A DNA stretch of 63,232 nt from Candidatus Zixiibacteriota bacterium. GTDB lineage: Bacteria > Zixibacteria > MSB-5A5 > GN15 > JAAZOE01. Position numbers and translations under genes: made by a program. Below the pieces are notes generated by a model. It saw only the letters and a program-made list of their open reading frames with translations. It was not told the origin of the DNA and ran no database searches. The stretch is taken from contig JBDREQ010000067.1 of NCBI GenBank assembly GCA_043819555.1, forward strand, positions 1-63,232. Reading direction: 5' to 3'. This document shows, piece by piece, positions 44,249-53,181 of the stretch; positions within the stretch are counted from its first letter, which is position 1; each line of letters begins with the position of its first letter.

Positions 44249-45382
44249 TTGGACGGAATATTATACGATCTCATTTTTGACTATACCCTGCGAACGGTCG
44301 CTCTCGGCTCGGGTGTTTTGGGTCTTGTCAGCGGCGCTTTGGGATGTTTTGCTGTTTTGCGGCGCCAATCGCTGATGGGTGATGCCATGTCGCATGCCGC
44401 CTTGCCCGGAATTGTCATCGCCTTTATGCTGACCGGAATGAAAACACCGCTTGTATTAGTAATCGGCGCGGCTCTTGCCGGATGGTTGGGAACTCTTAAA
44501 ATCATGAGCATCGTCAACCTGACCCGTCTTAAACATGATGCCGCCATGGCTCTGGTGCTATCCGTCTTTTTTGGACTGGGGTTGGTACTCCTTACTTTTA
44601 TTCAAAAAACGCCGCAGGCGGCTCAGGCCGGATTGGAAAACTTTCTTTTTGGGCAAGCGGCCGCGCTTATGGTACAGGATGTTATCATTATGGCCATAAT
44701 CGGCCTGATAACCCTGGTTATTCTGGCTGGCCTATGGAAAAGATTCAAGCTTTTGAGTTTTGACGTCGAATATGGCCAAAGCATGGGAATTCCCATGAGG
44801 ATACTCGATATTATTTTGACCGGCCTGCTGGTCCTGGCCATCGTTATCGGCCTCCAAACGGTCGGGGTCGTCCTAATGAGCGCCATGATTGTCGCTCCCG
44901 CAGCGGCCGCCCGACAATGGACTGACAAACTGGGGGTGATGGTGTTTTTGGCCGCGATATTCGGGGCGGCGTCAGGCATTAGCGGCGCGGTCGTCTCCAG
45001 TACCGCCGAAAAACTGCCGACTGGGCCGACGATAGTATTATGCGTCAGCGGAATTGTTTTTGTGTCGTTATTGTTTGCTCCCAACCGAGGGATAATCTGG
45101 AATAAGATACGCCGGAATAAAAACCGCCGAAAATTGCGTCTTGACGCGGTCATCTGTGACCTCTATTCGCTCGCCCTGCAGCACGATGATTTTTCCCATG
45201 CCCACGATACGGCAACTTTGATAGCCATGAGTCCCGGGCAGGCCGGGATAAAATTCAGTCTGGAAGAACTTGAACGCCGCGAGCTCGTAAAAATCACGGA
45301 AACTAATCAATGGGTTCTGACAGAAAAAGGCATTGATGAGGCCAAACTAATCAGTTCTAAATTCAGAGGGCAGAATAATTGA
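44249..45382 (+). CDS. Mn/Zn ABC permease (TroC-like) with C-terminal winged-helix-like extension
   Basis: GDAMSHAALPG, FLFGQAA, GLQTVGVVL, PTGP; tail ..LERRELV....QWVLTEKGIDEA. Confidence 0.9.
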   Translation: MDGILYDLIFDYTLRTVALGSGVLGLVSGALGCFAVLRRQSLMGDAMSHAALPGIVIAFMLTGMKTPLVLVIGAALAGWLGTLKIMSIVNLTRLKHDAAMALVLSVFFGLGLVLLTFIQKTPQAAQAGLENFLFGQAAALMVQDVIIMAIIGLITLVILAGLWKRFKLLSFDVEYGQSMGIPMRILDIILTGLLVLAIVIGLQTVGVVLMSAMIVAPAAAARQWTDKLGVMVFLAAIFGAASGISGAVVSSTAEKLPTGPTIVLCVSGIVFVSLLFAPNRGIIWNKIRRNKNRRKLRLDAVICDLYSLALQHDDFSHAHDTATLIAMSPGQAGIKFSLEELERRELVKITETNQWVLTEKGIDEAKLISSKFRGQNN

Positions 45383-46488
45383 ACTCATTCCAACTGGAAA
45401 TACAAATGATCGCCGCGATGGTGGCAGTTGCCTGCGCTCTTCCCGGAGTATTTCTTGTCTTGCGTCGGATGGTCCTGATGAGCGATGCCATTAGCCATTC
45501 GATTCTATTTGGAATTGTCCTCGCCTTTTTTATCACGGGAGATATCAATTCGCCCTTTTTGATTTTGGCCGCCGCCGCGACCGGTGTTTTAACGGTCGTA
45601 TTGGTTGAGCTAATCAAAAAAACAGGATTGGTCAAAAAGGACGCCTCAATCGGACTTGTTTTCCCGGCTCTTTTCAGCATTGGCGTCATTTTGATTTCCA
45701 GATACGCCGGAAACGTCCATCTTGATGTTGACGCCGTCCTGCTTGGGGAATTGGCTTTCTCTCCATTTAATAGATTTGAATTGGTCGGTTATGACATGGG
45801 GCCCAAATCACTTTGGGTCATGTCGGTCATCCTGATTCTGAACATCACGTTCATCATCATCTTTTTTAAGGAACTCAAACTGGCGACCTTTGACGCCGGA
45901 CTTGCAGCAGCCATCGGCTTTTCTCCGGTAATTCTGAATTATCTTTTGATGTCATTCGTTTCGATTACTGCCGTGGGAGCTTTCGATGCTGTCGGGTCGA
46001 TTCTCGTTGTGGCCCTTATGGTCGGACCGGCCGCATCCGCCTATCTTTTGACCGACCGCCTGGGCATAATGCTTATCATCAGCGCTGTTTTGGGAATAAT
46101 TTCGGCCATTGGCGGCTACTGGCTGGCGCATTTTCTTGATGCCTCAATAGCAGGTTCAATTGCAGTTATGACCGGAGTAATTTTTGGTCTGATATTTTCA
46201 TTCGCGCCTCAACAGGGGATCGTGGCAATTTTCAGACGTCGGACGAGGCAGAAATGGGAATTTGCACAAACGATGCTGGTTATGCACATTTCTCAGCATC
46301 AGGGCACGCCGGGACAGTCCGAAGAATGTCGCATAGCGACACTATATCATCACATGCACTGGGATGTAATTTTCACCGAGCAGGTTTCGCAGATGGCTCT
46401 AAAAAAGCAATTGGTGAAAGAGGAAAACGATTGCCTGCTTTTGACCGACAACGGCCGTCAATTGGCGTCTGAAACTCTCGCTCTATAA
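45379..46488 (+). CDS. Mn/Zn ABC permease (TroD-like) with C-terminal winged-helix-like extension
   Basis: SDAISHSIL.G, VHLDVDAVLLGE, AFDAVGSILV; tail ..KQLV.....LLLTDNGRQLA. Confidence 0.9.
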   Translation: MNSFQLEIQMIAAMVAVACALPGVFLVLRRMVLMSDAISHSILFGIVLAFFITGDINSPFLILAAAATGVLTVVLVELIKKTGLVKKDASIGLVFPALFSIGVILISRYAGNVHLDVDAVLLGELAFSPFNRFELVGYDMGPKSLWVMSVILILNITFIIIFFKELKLATFDAGLAAAIGFSPVILNYLLMSFVSITAVGAFDAVGSILVVALMVGPAASAYLLTDRLGIMLIISAVLGIISAIGGYWLAHFLDASIAGSIAVMTGVIFGLIFSFAPQQGIVAIFRRRTRQKWEFAQTMLVMHISQHQGTPGQSEECRIATLYHHMHWDVIFTEQVSQMALKKQLVKEENDCLLLTDNGRQLASETLAL

Positions 46489-46514
46489 GATAATTTCAAT
46501 GAAATTTTAAAAAT

Positions 46515-46539
46515 CAAAACTGCCGCTCAATCTGGCAGT
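46515..46539 (-). terminator. Hairpin terminator between convergent genes
   Basis: ACTGCC...GGCAGT stem with TTTT on the minus strand. Confidence 0.45.
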
Positions 46540-46564
46540 CGCTTATCTTATAAATTTCTATTTA

Positions 46565-47761
46565 TCAGGCTGTTTTTGTTTTGGCTCTCATTTCTTTGGC
46601 CCGCAGCGCAATATCGGCCACAGCCTCGATTGCCCGGTCGATATGGTCTTCGGTATTGAACGGTCCGATAGAGAATCGAACCCCGCCGTGAATATCCAGC
46701 GTCCCGATCTGTTTATGAACCAGAGGTGCGCAATGCAATCCTGTCCGGACGGCAATATCAAAATCAACATCGAGCATTATCCCGACATCGCCCGCTTCGA
46801 GACCGTCGATATTAACCAGTAATGTGGAAATGCGCCGGTCAAGCTTGCCGCTGCTGTACATAATTAAGCCGTCAATATTCTCGAAACCGTCGATCAGCCT
46901 CTGCGTTAATTTCATTTCATGATCATGAATCTTATCGATGCCGCCCGATTCTACAATCCAGTACTGCCCCGCCGCTAATGACGCGATTCCAACCACGTTG
47001 GGAGTTCCATATTCCATCCGGTATGGATACTCATCGAGATGATACGGATAAGCTGAACGCACTCCCGTACCGCCGCTGCGGGTATGTTTGAGTTCGACGT
47101 GTTTGCGCACGCACAATCCTCCGATTCCGGTACTGCCCATAAGCGATTTGTGTCCGGTAAACGCCAGAACATCAATATTCATCGCCTTCATATCAATCGG
47201 TACTTTACCAGCGGTTTGGGCGCTGTCGATGGCGAATAAGACCTCTTTTTCACGGCAGACCGCTCCGATTTCCGTGATAGGCTGAACCGTTCCCAAAACG
47301 TTGGAACCATGATTCACGACGACCAATTTGGTATTTGACTTGATAGCTTTTTTGATATCATCGGGATCAACAAAACCGTCGCCGTCAAAAGGCACAAAGG
47401 TCGCCTCGACACCATTATCCCTGACCAGATGATTGATCGGCCGGATAACCGAATTATGTTCCACGTTCGTCGTGACAACATGATCGCCCGGTTCCACCAA
47501 TCCGTTGATGATTAAATTTAACGCGTCGGTGGCGTTGTAGGAGAAGCACAACCGTTCCGGATAGGCGACATCGCCGCCAAAAAATATCGTCAGCCGTTTG
47601 CGCAGCTCCTCAATGATATTCCCCGCCTCAATAGCCTTATCAAATCCGCTGCGGCCCGGATTAACTCCGCATTCTTTATAAAAATCAATCATGAATTTGT
47701 ACACGGATTGAGGTTTTGGCCAAGACGTGGCCGCGTTATCGAGATAAATTAAGTTGTCCAT
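46565..47761 (-). CDS. Class V PLP enzyme (cysteine desulfurase family)
   Basis: IYLDNAATSWPKP, EHNSV.RP, DSAQTAG, FTGHK, GTPN, RTGLHCAP; start MDNL after GGAGG. Confidence 0.92.
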   Translation of the reverse strand: MDNLIYLDNAATSWPKPQSVYKFMIDFYKECGVNPGRSGFDKAIEAGNIIEELRKRLTIFFGGDVAYPERLCFSYNATDALNLIINGLVEPGDHVVTTNVEHNSVIRPINHLVRDNGVEATFVPFDGDGFVDPDDIKKAIKSNTKLVVVNHGSNVLGTVQPITEIGAVCREKEVLFAIDSAQTAGKVPIDMKAMNIDVLAFTGHKSLMGSTGIGGLCVRKHVELKHTRSGGTGVRSAYPYHLDEYPYRMEYGTPNVVGIASLAAGQYWIVESGGIDKIHDHEMKLTQRLIDGFENIDGLIMYSSGKLDRRISTLLVNIDGLEAGDVGIMLDVDFDIAVRTGLHCAPLVHKQIGTLDIHGGVRFSIGPFNTEDHIDRAIEAVADIALRAKEMRAKTKTA

Positions 47762-47855
47762 GTTCCTCCAGAAAGCCCTGAGAATCAAATTTGTTGATAT
47801 TCAATAATGATAAGATAATAAAATTCCAACGCTTGTCAACCGAACAGTGTAATAC

Positions 47856-47971
47856 CCATTTCCCTCTTGAAGGGGGCGCACCTGTACGACCGGGGCGGGG
47901 TGTGTTCTCCGTCTGTCGTTGAGAAACCCCGTGAAACGGCGGCGTGTGGGGGCAGACATCCCCTCTGCCCC
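47856..47971. repeat. Cluster of REP-like hairpins
   Basis: CCCT-CTTGA-AGGG..GGGGTGTGTT and GGGGCAGA-catcccc-TCTGCCCC (47949-47971). Confidence 0.55.
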
Positions 47972-48251
47972 AGACAGATACGCTCTATGTTCAACAATCA
48001 ATGCACAAAATGCGGGAATCCAGAGTTATCCACATTATTTTCCAAAAAATCCTTGTAATCCAATACCCCTTTATAGCTTACAGCAAATTGGGTTCGTTTT
48101 GGTATTTTTTTGTTTTTGATGCTTCTCAAAATGGGTTCGTTTTGCAAATAGATACTTTTGAGGCATATCAAATCGGTGGTGATTACAACAGTTTCACATC
48201 CATTTCGCAATTGGGGGCATACTCGCGACAGCAGAAAACAGGCCTTTGCCT

Positions 48252-48348
48252 GTCATACCCGCGCAGGCGGGTAGGTGGGAAAATTCCAACGCCTTCTGGA
48301 TTCCCGACTCGCCTCGCCCCGTTCGGGGCTTCGCTCTCGGGAATGACA
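48252..48348. repeat. REP-like element, copy 2 with left arm (GTCATACCCGCGCAGGCGGG...GGATTCCCG..CGGGAATGAC)
   Basis: 48297-48348 matches 214-264 except near the loop; ends GTCATACCCG and CGGGAATGAC are near-complementary. Confidence 0.8.
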
Positions 48349-48466
48349 TGCGAACACACGCTACTCATTTGGAAAAAACAATTCATCTTAATAATGCGAA
48401 CGATTTCAGAAATACTGGGGGATTGGTGGGGGAAGTGTTAATTAATAATTGTGGAGACTATAAATA

Positions 48467-48730
48467 TTAAGCCTCACCCGGCTTCGGTGGATCGCCGGAA
48501 TCGGCGTCGTCGCGCTTGTCTTGGCGGATGTATTGAACCTCTTCCATAGCAGATTTACTGTTTTCCGAGCCCATGTTCATAAATAGATTTTCGCCGACAA
48601 AGCTTGTTCCGGCGGTGTGGGTACTTTTGCCCCGGATGCGGCGGCAGATAATATATATAATCAAGGCCAGCACCCCGGCGGGGAGTATAAATCCGCATGC
48701 GATGATTACATTATTCCAAAAAGACTCCAT
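48467..48730 (-). CDS. Small single-TM hypothetical protein
   Basis: Likely start MESFW at 48730; one TM helix followed by basic residues. Confidence 0.55.
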   Translation of the reverse strand: MESFWNNVIIACGFILPAGVLALIIYIICRRIRGKSTHTAGTSFVGENLFMNMGSENSKSAMEEVQYIRQDKRDDADSGDPPKPGEA

Positions 48731-48839
48731 ATATATATTTATACAGATTGTGGGCGAAAATTCAAAGGAAATGTTGAGGGTTGTATTTCCCACAGCAAGC
48801 CGTGGAGATCCAATCTGAAGATTTGAAAATAATTTTAAA

Positions 48840-48869
48840 GCAGGAGTCCTTAAAAAAACTCCTGCCCAC
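48840..48869. repeat. REP-like hairpin or terminator downstream of the DUF1761 gene
   Basis: GCAGGAGT...ACTCCTGC stem next to GTGG (minus strand). Confidence 0.45.
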
Positions 48870-48892
48870 AAAATTATAAAATTCGAGTCGGC

Positions 48893-49303
48893 TTACGGCC
48901 AGAGTCCGATGATCAATCCCATGATGATAAAGCCAATGAGATTATAAAAAGCGTTAACCATGAATATCTTGCATGGGCGGTTTTCCATGAGGCCGTTGGT
49001 GGCATTCGAAGCGACAACAAAGCAGATGGCCGCCACCAGTCCGATTCCGAAGCCACCCCAGACCGGTTCGAGGTGAGTCCAGACGAGGATGCGAGCGATG
49101 CCGTAGGCCGAAAAGAATGAAAATATCAAAACCCATAACAGGTTAACCGGCTTGTGGTCTTTTTTGGCCTCCTCTTCCGTTTTTCCCAAGCCCTCCAACC
49201 AGGCTTTGCCAAATATCGCTTTGGAGTACCAGAGCGCGCCCAAAAGCCAGTAAGCTGCCGCGGCAACGATAACAGCTAAATAGTTTATTCCCGCAGATTC
49301 CAT
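48893..49303 (-). CDS. DUF1761 family membrane protein
   Basis: INYLAVIVAA.....LGALWYS...FGKAW; four TM helices. Confidence 0.85.
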   Translation of the reverse strand: MESAGINYLAVIVAAAAYWLLGALWYSKAIFGKAWLEGLGKTEEEAKKDHKPVNLLWVLIFSFFSAYGIARILVWTHLEPVWGGFGIGLVAAICFVVASNATNGLMENRPCKIFMVNAFYNLIGFIIMGLIIGLWP

Positions 49304-49484
49304 GAAGTCCCCCAGTGATTTGATATGGTTGATTTGCCATATAAAATATTATAAGATTCCGCGAAGCAACAAAAAATTTACGAATCCTGGGAAGAACTTC
49401 ATAAGATCAAACTATCGAATGTGAACAATCGCCCGCGCCCGCAATCGGATTTTAGGCTGGTTTGCGATAACTTCTGACTTATTC

Positions 49485-49513
49485 TTGTGTTTATGCCTGA
49501 GAAAAGATAAATT
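49485..49513 (+). promoter_or_regulatory. Sigma70-type promoter of recX, probably leaderless
   Basis: TTGTGT-17 bp-TAAATT, 6 nt before ATG 49520. Confidence 0.5.
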
Positions 49514-49519
49514 AGGCCT

Positions 49520-50179
49520 ATGCCATCAACGCCGGAATATATTTCAATCAACGATATCAGTCGCCGTGGGATAATTTATTTTGTTTGTTTTTCCAATGAT
49601 GTCCAGATTCGCGCGACCAAAGGAATAATCGATAAACTCAATTTGTCGACCGGGGATGAGTTTACAGAGAGTGAATTTCAGAAGCTCAAAAATATCCTCG
49701 ATGAAAGTTTTGCCAGATATTCCGCCGAGTCAATTCTATCCCTGCGGGCGCATTCGATTGGGGAGTTTAAGATGAAATTGCGGAAAAAGGATATCTCAGA
49801 TGAATTGATCAAATCAATTGTCGGGAAATTCTGCAAGGACGGCCTTCTGGATGATTACAACTACGGCAAAATGAGAGCCGAATCGCTTCTGCGGCGCAAA
49901 CCGGCCGGCCGGGGGTATTTGATTCGGGATTTGCAAAATAAGCTGGTGCCTCGGCAAATTTCCGAAAAAGTAGTCGCGGATGTTCTGGCCGAGATCGATG
50001 AATCAGAATTGGCCGCTCGAATTTTGCAGAAAAAGCGTATATCTTTAACGAAGTTTGATATTGAAACTGCCCGTCAGAAAGCATATACTTACCTGTCACG
50101 CCGGGCGATTTCGTACGGCGCGTCTAAAACCGCATTCGATAAGGTATTTGATAAAAACGAATTTAAACGAGGTGAGTAG
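49520..50179 (+). CDS. recX: Regulatory protein RecX
   Basis: LS.RAHS..E...KL, GLLDD..YG, G...L..DL..K, YLSRR; directly upstream of alaS. Confidence 0.8.
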   Translation: MPSTPEYISINDISRRGIIYFVCFSNDVQIRATKGIIDKLNLSTGDEFTESEFQKLKNILDESFARYSAESILSLRAHSIGEFKMKLRKKDISDELIKSIVGKFCKDGLLDDYNYGKMRAESLLRRKPAGRGYLIRDLQNKLVPRQISEKVVADVLAEIDESELAARILQKKRISLTKFDIETARQKAYTYLSRRAISYGASKTAFDKVFDKNEFKRGE

Positions 50180-50181
50180 AA

Positions 50182-53166
50182 ATTAATTCGATCGATATCA
50201 GACAGTCGTTTTTGGATTTTTTCATTGAGCGGGGGCATTCGCATCAGCCGTCGTCGCCGGTTATCCCGCTCGATGACCCGACGCTTTTGTTTGTCAACGC
50301 CGGGATGAATCAATTCAAGGATGTTTTTACAGGCAGCCGCAAAGTATCATACAAGAAGGCGACGACATCGCAAAAATGCATTCGCGCCGGCGGCAAGCAC
50401 AACGATCTGGAAAACGTCGGCCAAACCAGCCGCCATCATACGTTTTTTGAGATGTTGGGGAATTTTTCATTCGGTGATTATTTCAAAGAGGAAGCGATAG
50501 TTTTTGCCTGGGATTGGGTGACCAAAGTTCTGGGCCTGCCCAAAGACAGATTATTTGCGACGGTGTTTGAAACTGATGATGACGCGTTTGCTCTATGGGA
50601 AAAGATCGCGCCGGAACTCAAAAACGGACGTATCCTCCGGTTTGGTAAAGAGGATAATTACTGGTCGATGGGCAACGTCGGGCCGTGCGGTCCATGTTCG
50701 GAAATTCATTATGATATGGGCGAGCATCTGGCCAAAAACGATCCTCATGCCTGGATAAATACCGAAAATGACCGCTATGTCGAATTCTGGAATTTGGTGT
50801 TCATGCAATACGACCAACCGTCCGACGGCGGTGATATTGTTCCATTGCCAAAGCCATCGGTGGATACCGGAGCGGGTCTGGAACGGATCGCGGCAATTAT
50901 GCAGGGTGTTGATTCCAACTATGAGACCGATTTGTTCACGCCATTGACGGCACAAGTTGCCGATATAACCGGGATCAAGTATGAACCTAAAAAGGCACGA
51001 TGTACCTCGCATAGAGTCATTGCCGACCATGTTCGGGCGCTGTCGTTTGCTCTGGCGGACGGATGGGGGTTTTCCAGCGATAGGAGAGGGTCCGTTCTGC
51101 GGAGTATATTAAGACGGGCCGCACGGCATGGGCGAAAATTGGAATACTATGATCCAATAATTTTTCAACTAGTTCCAGCTTTAGTTGACATTATGGGCAA
51201 GTATTACCCTGAGCTAAAAACAGGACAACATTTAATACAGACTTTAATAAAACGCGAAGAGGAATCATTCAGTAATTTGTTGGACAATGCATTAAGCGTA
51301 TTTTCTACCGAGACACAGCGACTCAAGTCTGCCGGAGAAATGTTAGTTTCTGGAGAAGTGATATTTAGATTAAATACTACGTATGGAATTCCAATTGATA
51401 TGATTGCCGTTATGGCTAGAGATGAGAACATGCAATTGGATATGGAGGGATTTAACAAATTATTCCAAGCACATAAGAAAGAATCGAGATTAGGTTCAAA
51501 TTTCGGCCAATCCGGTGAACAAATGAAATCATTCTTAAATTCGTTCATTGCATCAGGTATTCTTCAGCCTCCCACAAGAATAAATAATGCGTTTACTATG
51601 GATGCCCCATTCGATACTGCAATAGCCTCTGGTAGTATTTCAAGGGACTTTCATGATGTTTCATTGGTTCTTAACGAAATACCTAGCTATGATAATTTGA
51701 GTACTAATGCAACCATTAATATCACAGGTGATAATTTTTTAATGAAAGTTGAAGGCATTAAAGTCCATGAAGGAATTTACATCCATACAGGAACTCTTTT
51801 ACGAGGTAATATCGATGATAACCTCATCGGGAAAAAAGTTAAAATATCGTTTGAAAAAGATGATTCTGGAGGGAAAGATGAAATTAATTTTACTGAAATT
51901 AAAACCACAGAATTTATTAGGGGAGATGATACAACTATTTTTGAAGTCAAGGCTCATATAAAAGACGCAACTTTTATTGATGATAGGGCAGAGATTATAC
52001 TCGATAAGACACCATTCTATGTTGAATCAGGTGGACAGATTGGTGATGTAGGGATGATTGTTTCAGCCAATGGATCAATAAGGGTAACGCATGTAGTTAA
52101 TAGGCAAGATATTTTATTTCATGTCGGAAAGATTCAAATTGGCGGTAAAGAAGATTTTTCTCCCGGTACTAAAGTCAAAGCTCGCATCGACAAGCACCGT
52201 CGCAAAGATATAATGCGCAATCATACGGCAACGCATCTTTTACACGCAGCTCTTCGCAGTGTTCTCGGCGATCATGTTAAGCAATCGGGTTCTCTGGTTG
52301 AACCGGAACGACTGCGTTTTGATTTTGCTCATTTTCAGGCGATGACACCGGGTGAAGTTTTACATGTCGAAAAACTCGTCAATGAACATATCCTCGAAGC
52401 GACTCCCGTTTCCACCGAAATAAAATCTTCAGAAGAAGCAATGAAATCGGGAGCGATGGCGCTGTTTGGAGAAAAATATGGCGATGAGGTGCGGGTGGTT
52501 TCGGTTGGCAGTTTTTCCAAAGAATTGTGCGGGGGAACGCATGTGAGCAACACGGCCGAAATCGGTTTGTTTATGATTACCGAAGAAACGGCGATTGCAT
52601 CGGGTGTACGCCGCATTGAGGCCGTAACCGGGCGCAGAGCGGTAGAGATAACTCTGCAGAATAAACAGGCGGTCAATGATTCCGGAATGCTTCTAAATGT
52701 TCCTTCGTCTGAGTTGCCCGATGCGATAAAGAAAGTTTCGTCAAACCTGAGCGATGCGCAAAAGGAAATTAAAAAGCTCAAGAGCGAGCGGTTTTCAGGT
52801 GGCGGCGGTCAATCGGTCGGCCAGTCGGAGAAAATTGGAGATACCGTGTTTAGTCATCATGATTTTGGTGAAACAGATCAGGATAGTATGGCCGGTTGGT
52901 CGGATTCACTCAAGGGTTCACATGATGCAACAGTATCACTGGCAGTAGGATTATTGAACGGCAAAAAAACTTTTATCGCGTCAGCCTCAAAGAAAGCAAT
53001 TGAATCAGGGTTCGATACCGGAAAACATTTTGGAGAATTGATTCGGGAACTCGGCGGGCGCGGAGGCGGCAAACCGGGTTTTGCTCGTGGCAGTTTACCG
53101 GATGATCTCGATTTTGTAAAACTGATAGAAAAAGCAAGAAAGAAATTACAGGAAGTAGTTTCATAA
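50182..53166 (+). CDS. alaS: Alanine--tRNA ligase with internal insertion; probable ATT start
   Basis: DPTLLFVNAGM, QKCIRAGGKHNDL, HHTFFEMLGNFSFGDYFK, TPFYVESGGQ, NHTATHLL, ELCGGTH, GGRGGG; conserved N-terminus (I)NSIDIRQSFLDFF lies upstream of the called TTG at 50212. Confidence 0.95.
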   Translation: MNSIDIRQSFLDFFIERGHSHQPSSPVIPLDDPTLLFVNAGMNQFKDVFTGSRKVSYKKATTSQKCIRAGGKHNDLENVGQTSRHHTFFEMLGNFSFGDYFKEEAIVFAWDWVTKVLGLPKDRLFATVFETDDDAFALWEKIAPELKNGRILRFGKEDNYWSMGNVGPCGPCSEIHYDMGEHLAKNDPHAWINTENDRYVEFWNLVFMQYDQPSDGGDIVPLPKPSVDTGAGLERIAAIMQGVDSNYETDLFTPLTAQVADITGIKYEPKKARCTSHRVIADHVRALSFALADGWGFSSDRRGSVLRSILRRAARHGRKLEYYDPIIFQLVPALVDIMGKYYPELKTGQHLIQTLIKREEESFSNLLDNALSVFSTETQRLKSAGEMLVSGEVIFRLNTTYGIPIDMIAVMARDENMQLDMEGFNKLFQAHKKESRLGSNFGQSGEQMKSFLNSFIASGILQPPTRINNAFTMDAPFDTAIASGSISRDFHDVSLVLNEIPSYDNLSTNATINITGDNFLMKVEGIKVHEGIYIHTGTLLRGNIDDNLIGKKVKISFEKDDSGGKDEINFTEIKTTEFIRGDDTTIFEVKAHIKDATFIDDRAEIILDKTPFYVESGGQIGDVGMIVSANGSIRVTHVVNRQDILFHVGKIQIGGKEDFSPGTKVKARIDKHRRKDIMRNHTATHLLHAALRSVLGDHVKQSGSLVEPERLRFDFAHFQAMTPGEVLHVEKLVNEHILEATPVSTEIKSSEEAMKSGAMALFGEKYGDEVRVVSVGSFSKELCGGTHVSNTAEIGLFMITEETAIASGVRRIEAVTGRRAVEITLQNKQAVNDSGMLLNVPSSELPDAIKKVSSNLSDAQKEIKKLKSERFSGGGGQSVGQSEKIGDTVFSHHDFGETDQDSMAGWSDSLKGSHDATVSLAVGLLNGKKTFIASASKKAIESGFDTGKHFGELIRELGGRGGGKPGFARGSLPDDLDFVKLIEKARKKLQEVVS

Positions 53167-53181
53167 ACGGATGCGGGAAAC

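Noticed and set aside
48026..48034. Perfect DnaA box TTATCCACA suggesting oriC
   Set aside because: Only one perfect box, no dnaA/dnaN/parAB context, and no GC-skew switch could be established by eye
47801..48470. Several 60-165 aa ORFs in the repeat-rich intergenic region
   Set aside because: Overlapping frames across palindromes, no SD and no recognisable domains
51520..51895. alaS insertion as an intein
   Set aside because: No C/S start with HN-C/S/T junction and no LAGLIDADG motif; it resembles a duplicated native domain
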